From Candidatus Omnitrophota bacterium (GTDB lineage: Bacteria > Omnitrophota > Gorgyraeia > Tantalellales > Tantalellaceae), in contig JBDRAX010000031.1 of the NCBI GenBank assembly GCA_043823375.1, positions 1 through 20,946 on the forward strand: DNA of 20,946 nucleotides. The letters are read 5' to 3'. The first letter of the stretch is position 1. Each line of letters starts with the position of its first letter. Positions 1-7,405 of the stretch are shown in pieces. Both the position numbers and the translations under genes were made by a program. Under the pieces are notes generated by a model. It saw only the letters and a program-made list of their open reading frames with translations. It searched no databases and was not told the origin of the DNA.

Positions 1-185
1 ATCCGGGCCGTAGAGTCATACGCGAGGCGGAGTTCCCCTTCCAAAAAAGCCTTCCAGTCAGTGTTTTCCCCTGAATAGAGCACTCCTTCTTTCCCCACAA
101 GCTCAAGCGCCCCGCAAAAAGAAACCGCTGAAAAAAATACAAGAAAGGAAAGTACTATCAGAGTTTTTACGCTGATACGGGTCAT
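1..185 (-). CDS. Partial CDS: N-terminal 61 aa of a predicted secreted/membrane-anchored protein of unknown function; the gene continues beyond the window start
   Basis: A reverse-strand ATG at 185..183 opens a frame with no stop down to position 1. The translation MTRISVKTLIVLSFLVFFSAVSFCGALELVGKEGVLYSGENTDWKAFLEGELRLAYDSTAR... has a basic N-terminus followed by a hydrophobic stretch, which looks like a signal peptide. It is absent from the ORF track because no stop codon falls inside the window. Confidence 0.3.
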   Translation of the reverse strand, partial: MTRISVKTLIVLSFLVFFSAVSFCGALELVGKEGVLYSGENTDWKAFLEGELRLAYDSTAR

Positions 186-386
186 CCGGCATTCCCATAT
201 TGTTGCATTTTAGTATAAGTTACAGTAAAAAAAACCGCTTAACCAGCATTATGTATGAAGTATACCGGTTAAAAGTATAAAAGCAAATGGTACGACAGCA
301 CTCTTTTCTGAATATTCCCGGAAAATTCTTTTTTACCTCTGTGAAGAAACAAAGCCGACTTTACCATAGCGGCGTATCCTTGTTCT

Positions 387-1118
387 TTATTTAACAAAAT
401 ATTTAATTTCCACTACACTTTTTATTTCTTTGATGATACTCCCTGTATCATTAACCCCGTAATCGGATACGTCCGTAGAGTTAACCGGCGTTATCTGAAA
501 AACACCCACTCTCACGTCCGCTATCCTGCCCAGGCGGAACTTACCTTCTTTAGCGATCTTCATAGCCCGTTCCCTCGCGTTATCCGTAGCCCTTCCTATC
601 ATTTCCACTTTAAGGCCCTCTATCCCGGTATATATATAACGCGGCTCTTTTATGTTTATCCTGATCCCTTCGTCCAGGACATCTATTATTTCCGACGAGA
701 TCCTTGAGATCTTAAAAACATCGCCGCTTTCGATCCTGATCTCCTGTTTTATTACATATTTAACGAATTCGTCAGTGTTATACCCGTTCTCATTTATCTT
801 ATATACTTCCTGAATGGACGCGGGCCGCGTTTTAAGTTCGTTCTTATTTACCCCGAACTTCCGCGTTATATACGCGCTTAATTTACGGCTGTCCTCAGCG
901 AGCCCGGAATAACAGGTTTTGAGGTCCGCGTTTTCCGAAATTATTACAGCTTCAAATATCCCCAGGTCCGACTTTATCGTCTCTCTGGCATATCCCTTAA
1001 CATTTACATACCCTTTGTTTTTTATATTCAGAGCGGTATCTGAGACTATATTCGCCGTGATAACTAGCGAACCCGCCATGATCAAAGCCACAAAGAGCGG
1101 AACTATCGTTTTTTTCAT
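387..1118 (-). CDS. SIMPL/DUF541-family periplasmic protein (BP26/Omp28-like) with N-terminal signal peptide
   Basis: 243-aa ORF. N-terminus MKKTIVPLFVALIMAGSLVITA is a signal peptide. The length, the K/E-rich alternating beta/alpha pattern and the C-terminal ...GSIIKEIKSVVEIKYFV resemble SIMPL-domain proteins. The assignment is by recall of the family, not by search. Confidence 0.5.
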   Translation of the reverse strand: MKKTIVPLFVALIMAGSLVITANIVSDTALNIKNKGYVNVKGYARETIKSDLGIFEAVIISENADLKTCYSGLAEDSRKLSAYITRKFGVNKNELKTRPASIQEVYKINENGYNTDEFVKYVIKQEIRIESGDVFKISRISSEIIDVLDEGIRINIKEPRYIYTGIEGLKVEMIGRATDNARERAMKIAKEGKFRLGRIADVRVGVFQITPVNSTDVSDYGVNDTGSIIKEIKSVVEIKYFVK

Positions 1119-1322
1119 CTTTTTCTCCTGTTCTTACTTTTCACCTGATGGGGAATTTCACTTTTTTATCCGGATAGTCTGCCATATTGATCTCCGGTAT
1201 GCCGGTTAAGCGAAAGAGCGCGCTTTATAGCTTATTTTAAAAAGCGGCATATCCCGATTTTTACAGTATACCATAAACTGCCGCATAGACGAATTAAAAC
1301 AGGGTCATCGCGTGGAATGATC

Positions 1323-1365
1323 CCGGCGGGCTTCGCGTCTTTTTTAAAGATACAAAGCCCGCCGG
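1323..1365 (-). terminator. Inverted repeat CCGGCGGGCTT / AAGCCCGCCGG (11-bp stem, 21-nt loop) about 30 bp downstream of the typA stop; possible terminator or RNA structure
   Basis: Perfect 11-bp GC-rich inverted repeat read directly at 1323-1333 and 1355-1365. No U-tract follows on the minus-strand transcript, so this is not a canonical intrinsic terminator. Confidence 0.3.
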
Positions 1366-1396
1366 TAAAACTGCCGGAGAATTATATAAAGCGCGG

Positions 1397-3238
1397 TTAT
1401 ACAACCAGCGCCCTGAGGTTTTTCTTCGCTATTTTACGCGCGTTTTCCACAAGGTGTATTTTTCTTATCCTGATATTTTTAGGAGTAATTTCCACAAGTT
1501 CATCGTCCCCGATAAATTCGAGCGCGAATTCAAGCGTCATTTTCCGGGGAGGGATCAACTGGATAGCGTCATCCGACCCGGAAGCGCGCATATTGGTCAG
1601 TTTTTTTTCTTTATTCGCGTTTACCACAAGGTCACTGCCTTTATTGCTGGCTCCGACTATCATCCCCTCATAGAGGGCGTCGCCTGTTTTAATAAATATT
1701 TCTCCTCTTGACTGAAGGCCGAAAAGCGCGTACGCCACAGCGTTACCTTCATTCTGCGAGATCAATACGCCGCTCTGCCTGAGCGGTATTTCTCCCTTAT
1801 ATTTCTGATATTCATAAAAATTCTGGTACATTACCCCTGTCCCTCTTGTCATTACCAGAAACTCATTGCGAAACCCTATCAGAGCGCGGGAAGCTATCAG
1901 AAATTCCATCCGGATCGTACCGATCGACGTTGTTTTCATTTCTTTCAGTTCCGCGCGCCTCTCTCCCAGCGCCTGTATAACCGCTCCCTGATAACCGTCA
2001 TCCACTTCTATCGTAACTTCTTCCACAGGCTCACACATCTCCCCGTCAATTTCTTTCAGTATTACCCGGGGGCGTGAAACTTCAAGTTCATACCCTTCTC
2101 TCCGCATCGTTTCTATCAGTATGGACAAATGCAGTTCCCCTCTTCCTGAAACCTTGAAACTCTCCCCGCCGTTAACTTCATCTACTTTGATACCCACGTT
2201 CACCCTGGCCTCATGTTTGAGCCTTTCACGTATATGCCTCGACGTTAAAAACTGCCCCCCGTCTTTTCCCGCGAGCGGGCTTGTGTTATGGGAGAAATTC
2301 ATCGAGATCGTAGGTTCATCTATCTCAACGGCCGGCAAAGCGCGCGGATTGTCGGCCGCGGAAAGAGTCTCTCCGACTTCGATCCCTTCCGTACCTGCCA
2401 CGGAGACTATATCCCCTGCCTCGGCGGTATCCGATTCAAACCGTCTAAGGCCGTTATATTTCAATATCTTTGTTATTTTCCCCTGTTCAACGGTACCGTC
2501 TTTTTTTACAAGGCATATCGCCTGCCCCTTCTTTATTCTACCGTGGTGAATCCTCCCTATGGCGATCGACCCTACGTATGAATCATAATCAAGCATGGTG
2601 ATCAGCATCTGAAACGGCAGGTCAGGGTCCGCCAGAGGCGCGGGTACATTGTTAATGATCGCGTCCAGAAGCGGCTCCATATCTCTGGCTTCAATATCCA
2701 TATCCGTTGTCGCGACCCCGTTTTTTCCAGACGCGTATATTATCTTAAAATCAAGCTGTTCATCCGACGCGTTCAGATCACAAAAAAGGTCAAATACCAT
2801 ATTGACCACTTCCGCGGGGCGCGCGTGAATACGGTCGATCTTATTTATTACCAGGATAGGCTTAAGGTCCAGCTGCAGGGATTTCTTCAATACGAATTTT
2901 GTCTGCGGCATCGGCCCTTCAAACGCGTCTACCAAAAGAAGCACCCCGTCAACCATTTTCAGGATCCGCTCGACTTCACTGCCGAAATCCGCGTGCCCCG
3001 GAGTATCAACGATATTGAACAGTATCCCTTTATATTCAAAAGAAGCGTTTTTAGAAAAAATAGTGATCCCCCTTTCTCTTTCCAGAGGATTCGAATCCAT
3101 GATCATAGATTCCCCGTCTTTGAATAAATAAGCGCCGCTCTGATTGAGAAGCGCGTCAACCAGTGTGGTCTTACCGTGGTCTACGTGCGCTATTATCGCG
3201 AGATTTCTTACATTCTTTCTTCTCTTCATGTTCTCCAT
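1397..3238 (-). CDS. typA: Translational GTPase TypA/BipA
   Basis: 613-aa ORF. G1 motif AIIAHVDHGKTTLVDALL, G3 DTPGHADF and G4 NKID are present. It has an EF-G-like domain architecture without the EF-G domain IV insertion. The length matches BipA (about 600 aa). Confidence 0.95.
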   Translation of the reverse strand: MENMKRRKNVRNLAIIAHVDHGKTTLVDALLNQSGAYLFKDGESMIMDSNPLERERGITIFSKNASFEYKGILFNIVDTPGHADFGSEVERILKMVDGVLLLVDAFEGPMPQTKFVLKKSLQLDLKPILVINKIDRIHARPAEVVNMVFDLFCDLNASDEQLDFKIIYASGKNGVATTDMDIEARDMEPLLDAIINNVPAPLADPDLPFQMLITMLDYDSYVGSIAIGRIHHGRIKKGQAICLVKKDGTVEQGKITKILKYNGLRRFESDTAEAGDIVSVAGTEGIEVGETLSAADNPRALPAVEIDEPTISMNFSHNTSPLAGKDGGQFLTSRHIRERLKHEARVNVGIKVDEVNGGESFKVSGRGELHLSILIETMRREGYELEVSRPRVILKEIDGEMCEPVEEVTIEVDDGYQGAVIQALGERRAELKEMKTTSIGTIRMEFLIASRALIGFRNEFLVMTRGTGVMYQNFYEYQKYKGEIPLRQSGVLISQNEGNAVAYALFGLQSRGEIFIKTGDALYEGMIVGASNKGSDLVVNANKEKKLTNMRASGSDDAIQLIPPRKMTLEFALEFIGDDELVEITPKNIRIRKIHLVENARKIAKKNLRALVV

Positions 3239-3636
3239 ACTCTTTGATTATCCTTTTTTTATATTTTCAGATTATATATTCTAACTTTATGTTTGAATAA
3301 TTCTCATTATACTACAAAATTGGCGGATTTGTTCTGCCTTTTTTCTTTTTTACGGAATCCGCGCGATACACACAGCCCTAATGATTTTCGTTTCAGGCCG
3401 ATTTCTTTCACCGCCCGTTTTCAGCAAAGAAATTTCCCGGAATAAATGCCGCCCAGACACGAAACGTATTACTTGAGTGGTTAGCGTACAAAGAATAGTA
3501 CTCGAGAAAACGAATTCATCAGGGGTTGCGATAGTCCTTAATTATGGAATCTGAAACGATAAGAGCCTCTCATTAAACAGAAGCTTTTGAGTTTAAGACC
3601 GCTGATTCGATAAAATATTCTTTCAGACCAAATTTT

Positions 3637-3954
3637 TTATTTTTTAGCCTCTTCCGGCTTTTTTGCTTCCTTCTCTCTATCAGACCGTAAAGTGCCTAAT
3701 ATGTATTTGTGCACTATACTTGTAATTAATGTTTGATATGGGATCCCTTCCTCCATTGCTCTGACCTGGATACCGATATAATCCTGTCCGGACATTCTTA
3801 TACTGATCCTTTTGTCTTTCTTTAAAGTGTTCTTCGCGTATTGGGCATACCGTTTGATCCTGGCTTCCTTATCACTTACTGATAGCCATTCCTCCTTTTC
3901 AAAAGACTCCAGAAGGTTCTTTTCCTCTTTTTCAAGCTTATGTTTCTTTTCCAT
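3637..3954 (-). CDS. brnA: BrnA-family antitoxin (type II TA, RHH/COG3514-like)
   Basis: 105-aa ORF located 2 bp downstream of the BrnT-like gene. The stretch KRISIRMSGQDYIGIQVRAMEEGIPYQTLITSIVHKYILG matches the conserved BrnA core (..ISIRL..DL..LK..A.E.GIPYQTLI.S.LHKY). It has a basic K/E-rich C-terminus. Confidence 0.8.
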   Translation of the reverse strand: MEKKHKLEKEEKNLLESFEKEEWLSVSDKEARIKRYAQYAKNTLKKDKRISIRMSGQDYIGIQVRAMEEGIPYQTLITSIVHKYILGTLRSDREKEAKKPEEAKK

Positions 3955-3956
3955 TT

Positions 3957-4232
3957 TTATTTCCCCTTTAAATATTCCTTTGTCATCTTCCTGCTGGGTA
4001 TTATAGTCTTGAGAAAAATACCCTGCTCATCTTCCACAAACGGCACATAGTAAACATATCCTTCCAGTTCAATTATAAAGAGCATCTCTTGATCATACTT
4101 TACAGCCGTATGTTCCCGGATATCCAAAATCTTACCATTTTCTATGCACGCAAGGATCTCATCGAAAGAAATTCCTCTTTCTTCCTTTAATTTCCTGTTT
4201 TTATCCTGATCCCATTGTATTCTTTTTTTCAT
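3957..4232 (-). CDS. brnT: BrnT-family toxin (DUF497, RelE/RNase-fold ribonuclease toxin)
   Basis: 91-aa ORF. N-terminus MKKRIQWDQDKNRKLKEERGISFDEI matches the BrnT signature (FEWDxxKNxxNxxKHGxxFxEA). The C-terminus ...IIPSRKMTKEYLKG matches the BrnT tail (IISARKATKKE..Y). The toxin-first, antitoxin-second order is characteristic of brnTA. Confidence 0.8.
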   Translation of the reverse strand: MKKRIQWDQDKNRKLKEERGISFDEILACIENGKILDIREHTAVKYDQEMLFIIELEGYVYYVPFVEDEQGIFLKTIIPSRKMTKEYLKGK

Positions 4233-4364
4233 ACACTGAGAGTATATATTATTTTTGTGCTAAATGTCAACATATTCGGCGCAAAAATTGCGGGAGTATT
4301 ACAGGGTTAATAGCATCATTTAAGATAGTGCCTGTTTCAAAAAAACAGAGGATATATTCCCATT

Positions 4365-5225
4365 TTACTGTTTTTTATGTAAAGGCAATACCCCTGCCAT
4401 TTCTCCGATCACATTTATAAGTTCCGTATCCTGCGGCACGACTATTTTCGCGTTATCTTTAAACGCGGTTTCCACGGCCTGTATTTTCCGCAGGATCTGG
4501 GCGTTCCCTATGAAATATTTTTCCGAGGCTTCGTTGACCAGCTTAATGGCTTCGGCTTCACCCTGCGCCTCAAGGACCTTGGCCTGTTTTACACCGTCCG
4601 CTTTTTTTATCTCCGCTCTCCTGGCGCCATCCGCCACTGTCTCTGTCGCTGTGGCGAAATCCACAGCCGCTATTTTTTCATTTTCCGCTTTTACGACTTT
4701 GTTCATTGTTTCCTGCACGTCTTTCGGAGGGTCTATTTCCTTCAATTCCGTCCGAACGATATCAATGCCCCAGCTGTGAGTTTCTTCGCACAGGGTTTTG
4801 TGCAGTTCCAGGTTTATCTTACCTCTTTCGCTGTTAGCGGATTTAAGCGTTAATGTCCCGATAATATTACGCAGTGTTGTCCTTGCCAGGTTCACGATCT
4901 GCCACTGGTAGTTGTTCACATTATACTGGGAATTCTTCACGTTTTCCTCATCGGACTTCACTTTAAAATACACCTGCGCGTCAACACGCGCGTTCAGGTT
5001 ATCATTAGTGATTATTTCCTGCGGTTCGGCGTCAACCATCTGTTCGGTTACGTTTACCATGTACAAAGCCTCAATGACCGGCATGATCCAGTGAAAACCG
5101 GGCGAGGCGAAACGGCTATACTTCCCGAGCCGTTCAATAAGGCCCCTGTGAGTAGGCCTGACTATGCGTATGCCGAGCAAAAACATGACCGCCGCTATCA
5201 GGAATAAACCGTAAATCACGCCCAT
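4365..5225 (-). CDS. SPFH/band-7 domain protein (stomatin/prohibitin/HflC-like), N-terminal membrane anchor
   Basis: 286-aa ORF. It has a single N-terminal transmembrane helix (MGVIYGLFLIAAVMFLLGI). The SPFH core is ...IVRPTHRGLIERLGKY...ITNDNLNARVDAQVYFKV...LRNIIGTLTL..., followed by an Ala/Glu-rich coiled-coil tail (EAQGEAEAIKL). Confidence 0.9.
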   Translation of the reverse strand: MGVIYGLFLIAAVMFLLGIRIVRPTHRGLIERLGKYSRFASPGFHWIMPVIEALYMVNVTEQMVDAEPQEIITNDNLNARVDAQVYFKVKSDEENVKNSQYNVNNYQWQIVNLARTTLRNIIGTLTLKSANSERGKINLELHKTLCEETHSWGIDIVRTELKEIDPPKDVQETMNKVVKAENEKIAAVDFATATETVADGARRAEIKKADGVKQAKVLEAQGEAEAIKLVNEASEKYFIGNAQILRKIQAVETAFKDNAKIVVPQDTELINVIGEMAGVLPLHKKQ

Positions 5226-5466
5226 TTTTTTCTCCTTCCGTTCTTTTTTGTATTGTCAAAAATTTAACCGCAGAGTTCACAGAGGTTCTTTAAAATAAAG
5301 AAATCAGGCAAAAATATACGCCCTCCCCTTTTTTCTGTTTTTCATAGTTAATCTTTCTAAGTTTAAATTCATAGCCAACTGCTTCTTCATAAATGCCCTC
5401 TAATAGCCCCCTCCGCGTTACCCATATTTATATTTCGCGATATAATAAAAAGTGTCCTGCTTCGCC

Positions 5467-5639
5467 CGTAGGGGCACATTGCATGTGCCCCAAGCCGCAT
5501 CGCGCCAATATTACACAGCTCCTTCCTTCAGATTGAATACTCCTTATTAACGCGTCACGCGGTGTCATGCGTCTTTTGATCGCTTGTTTTTTCAAGGCTT
5601 CTCCACGTGGTCAAAGGGCACATGCAATGTGCCCCTACG
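5467..5639. repeat. Pair of perfect 24-bp inverted repeats separated by 125 bp (5467-5490 CGTAGGGGCACATTGCATGTGCCC; 5616-5639 is its reverse complement), each containing its own 9-bp-stem hairpin GGGGCACAT-TGC-ATGTGCCCC; REP/BIME-like or small structured element
   Basis: Read directly from the sequence. It sits in a 616-bp gene-free interval (5226-5841) between the SPFH gene and the TMEM175-like gene. No ORF longer than about 40 aa lies between the arms. Confidence 0.6.
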
Positions 5640-5841
5640 ATGGATGTAAACATTCACGGATTTACGTCCGCGGATGTTTATTGGAACATTAAACCTCTTA
5701 CTGGATACTTATCTTGAGAACACAGAGCTTTTTTCTCTCTCCGCGGTTCCGTTCCATCCCTCTTTCTTTTAACTATTCTTTTATGTATTTTTTGGAAATA
5801 CCTTCTTTTTAAGCGCAGGTATATCTTTCTTCAACTTCTCT

Positions 5842-6474
5842 TCAATCCGCTGTCTCTATTGTTTCTTTTCTTTTCCATATAAGCAATATGAGCGGCACAA
5901 TAAAATACAGGATAGTACCGCCGCGCGGCCTGACCGCGGAAAGAGCTATCGCGCAGAGAGAAACACCAGGTATTATGAGGTTCCTCTTTTCATAAAACTT
6001 TATGGTCGCCCTGTCCATACTTTCATCCACCAGGCGGTGTTTATGTGAAGCGTATACCCAGTGAATAAAAAACACAAAACCCGCTATGAAAAGATTGACC
6101 TCAAAAAGAATAGAGGCCGCGCGCGTATGCCCGTAATCACTTACAAGTACCGTGCTAAAAGGTATAAGCGCGATAAACATCAGCCCCGCGATGTTCAGGA
6201 AAAGAAGCACAATATCAACACTCTTTATATAATGGAACTGGCGGTGGTGCTGAAACCAGAAAGCCCCGAGTATTACAAAACTCTCCACATAATGCAGGAA
6301 ATCCGGCCATAGGGCCATTAATGAACTCAGCAAATACTGTTCATCTATCGGTTTCGGCTGTTGGACCACGACTTCGAAACTCAGAACAAGGATCGTCATC
6401 GCTATCGCGAAGATCCCGTCACTGAGGGCTTCTATGCGGCTCGTCTTAAGGCCCGCCTTTGTATCACGATGCAT
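5842..6474 (-). CDS. DUF1211/TMEM175-family putative potassium channel
   Basis: 210-aa polytopic membrane protein. The N-terminal motif RIEALSDGIFAIAMTILVL corresponds to the TMEM175 pore-helix signature (RxxxFSDGxxAIxxTxL). Confidence 0.75.
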   Translation of the reverse strand: MHRDTKAGLKTSRIEALSDGIFAIAMTILVLSFEVVVQQPKPIDEQYLLSSLMALWPDFLHYVESFVILGAFWFQHHRQFHYIKSVDIVLLFLNIAGLMFIALIPFSTVLVSDYGHTRAASILFEVNLFIAGFVFFIHWVYASHKHRLVDESMDRATIKFYEKRNLIIPGVSLCAIALSAVRPRGGTILYFIVPLILLIWKRKETIETAD

Positions 6475-6604
6475 AATACTTCTCCCGGTAACTCTTTGTT
6501 AATTATGATATGAATAGATAACCTCTCCAGTACTTTATACCGGACGATCCGGACAATAGATAGTATACCTTAAGATCGCGCGTTAACAAGACAGAGTGAT
6601 AATT

Positions 6605-7393
6605 TTACGAAGGCCGTTTACCAGAGCGTTCTTCCGGCATTCTCCCCAGAAGCCGCAGTAAGCCGTCGAGAATGGTAACAGGATGCGGAGGGCATCCCGG
6701 GATATAAAGGTCTACGGGAATAATGGGATCCACCCCATTCGATACTTCGGGATGGCCGATAAAAGGACCGCCTGAAATAGCGCAGCTTCCGACTGCGATC
6801 ACTATTTTTGGATCAGCGACAGCGTCATATGTTTTGATAAGGGCCGGGCGCATATTCGCCGTAACCGGGCCCGTAATAATAAGCCCGTCCGCGTGCCTGG
6901 GAGAAGCCACGATCTGGATACCGAACCTTCCGAGGTCGAAAACCACGGTGGTCAGCACGTTTATATCCAGTTCACACCCAGTGCACCCTCCGGCGCTTAC
7001 CTGCCGGAGTTTCAAGGACCTGCCGAACACGCGTTTCATTTTTCCCTGAAGGGATTCCGCGAGTTTCAATATACTGTCCTCAACAAGAAGGTCCGAGCGT
7101 TCTCTCACGGCAAGGCGCCAGTCAGCGGTAAACCCGAGAGCCGCGTGAGGGCAGGCTTTAACGCACTCCCCGCAGAACAGGCATTTACCCAGATCCATAC
7201 GCACTTTACCTTTTTCAGTTTTTTCAAGCGCCCCGACCGGGCAAACTTCTATACATTCAGAGCACGCTTTCCTGCACCTTATGGTATCTATTTCAGGCAC
7301 ACCCCTCAACCTCGCCGGTATAGCCGGGGGCCCGTAAGGGAAATCAACCGTCCTGTTTCCCTGCCTGATCCTTTCATATAAAGTTTTGAACAT
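6605..7393 (-). CDS. Fused 2x[4Fe-4S] ferredoxin + NuoB/HycG-like small subunit of a group-4 hydrogenase/complex I-related module (HyfH-HyfI-like fusion)
   Basis: 262-aa ORF. The N-terminal half has two ferredoxin motifs, CRKACSECIEVCP and CLFCGECVKACP. The C-terminal half has the NuoB/PsbB-type cluster ligands GGCTGCELD ... VGSCAISGG ... IPGCPPHP. The gene is the last in the operon. Confidence 0.85.
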   Translation of the reverse strand: MFKTLYERIRQGNRTVDFPYGPPAIPARLRGVPEIDTIRCRKACSECIEVCPVGALEKTEKGKVRMDLGKCLFCGECVKACPHAALGFTADWRLAVRERSDLLVEDSILKLAESLQGKMKRVFGRSLKLRQVSAGGCTGCELDINVLTTVVFDLGRFGIQIVASPRHADGLIITGPVTANMRPALIKTYDAVADPKIVIAVGSCAISGGPFIGHPEVSNGVDPIIPVDLYIPGCPPHPVTILDGLLRLLGRMPEERSGKRPS

Positions 7394-7405
7394 AATGTTT
7401 ACTCC

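Noticed and set aside
919-1209. Plus-strand ORFs 919..1209 and 1317..1673, and many similar 60-200-aa plus-strand ORFs in the track (e.g. 2121..2549, 6893..7381, 7749..8114, 9986..10501, 12805..13386, 17876..18373)
   Set aside because: All lie antisense to, or out of frame inside, long minus-strand genes with strong family signatures. Their translations are low-complexity, Ser/Pro/Arg-rich and lack recognisable motifs. They are typical shadow ORFs of GC-rich coding sequence.
3239-3636. Possible tRNA or small RNA gene in the 400-bp gap between typA and brnA
   Set aside because: No cloverleaf-compatible sequence was found by eye: no GTTCGAATC-type T-arm and no acceptor-stem complementarity. 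The region is better explained as the typA promoter and leader plus the brnTA downstream region. Only a weak 7-bp hairpin (GCGGATT...AATCCGC) is present.
4233-4364. Hairpin CTGTTT-caaaa-AAACAG downstream of the SPFH gene as an intrinsic terminator
   Set aside because: It has only a 6-bp AT-rich stem, and the U-run precedes rather than follows the stem on the minus-strand transcript. It is too weak to call.
5467-5639. Retron msr/msd or CRISPR interpretation of the inverted-repeat pair
   Set aside because: No reverse-transcriptase gene is nearby and the arms are a single pair, not an array. There are no direct repeats with unique spacers anywhere in the window, so both the retron and CRISPR interpretations are unsupported.
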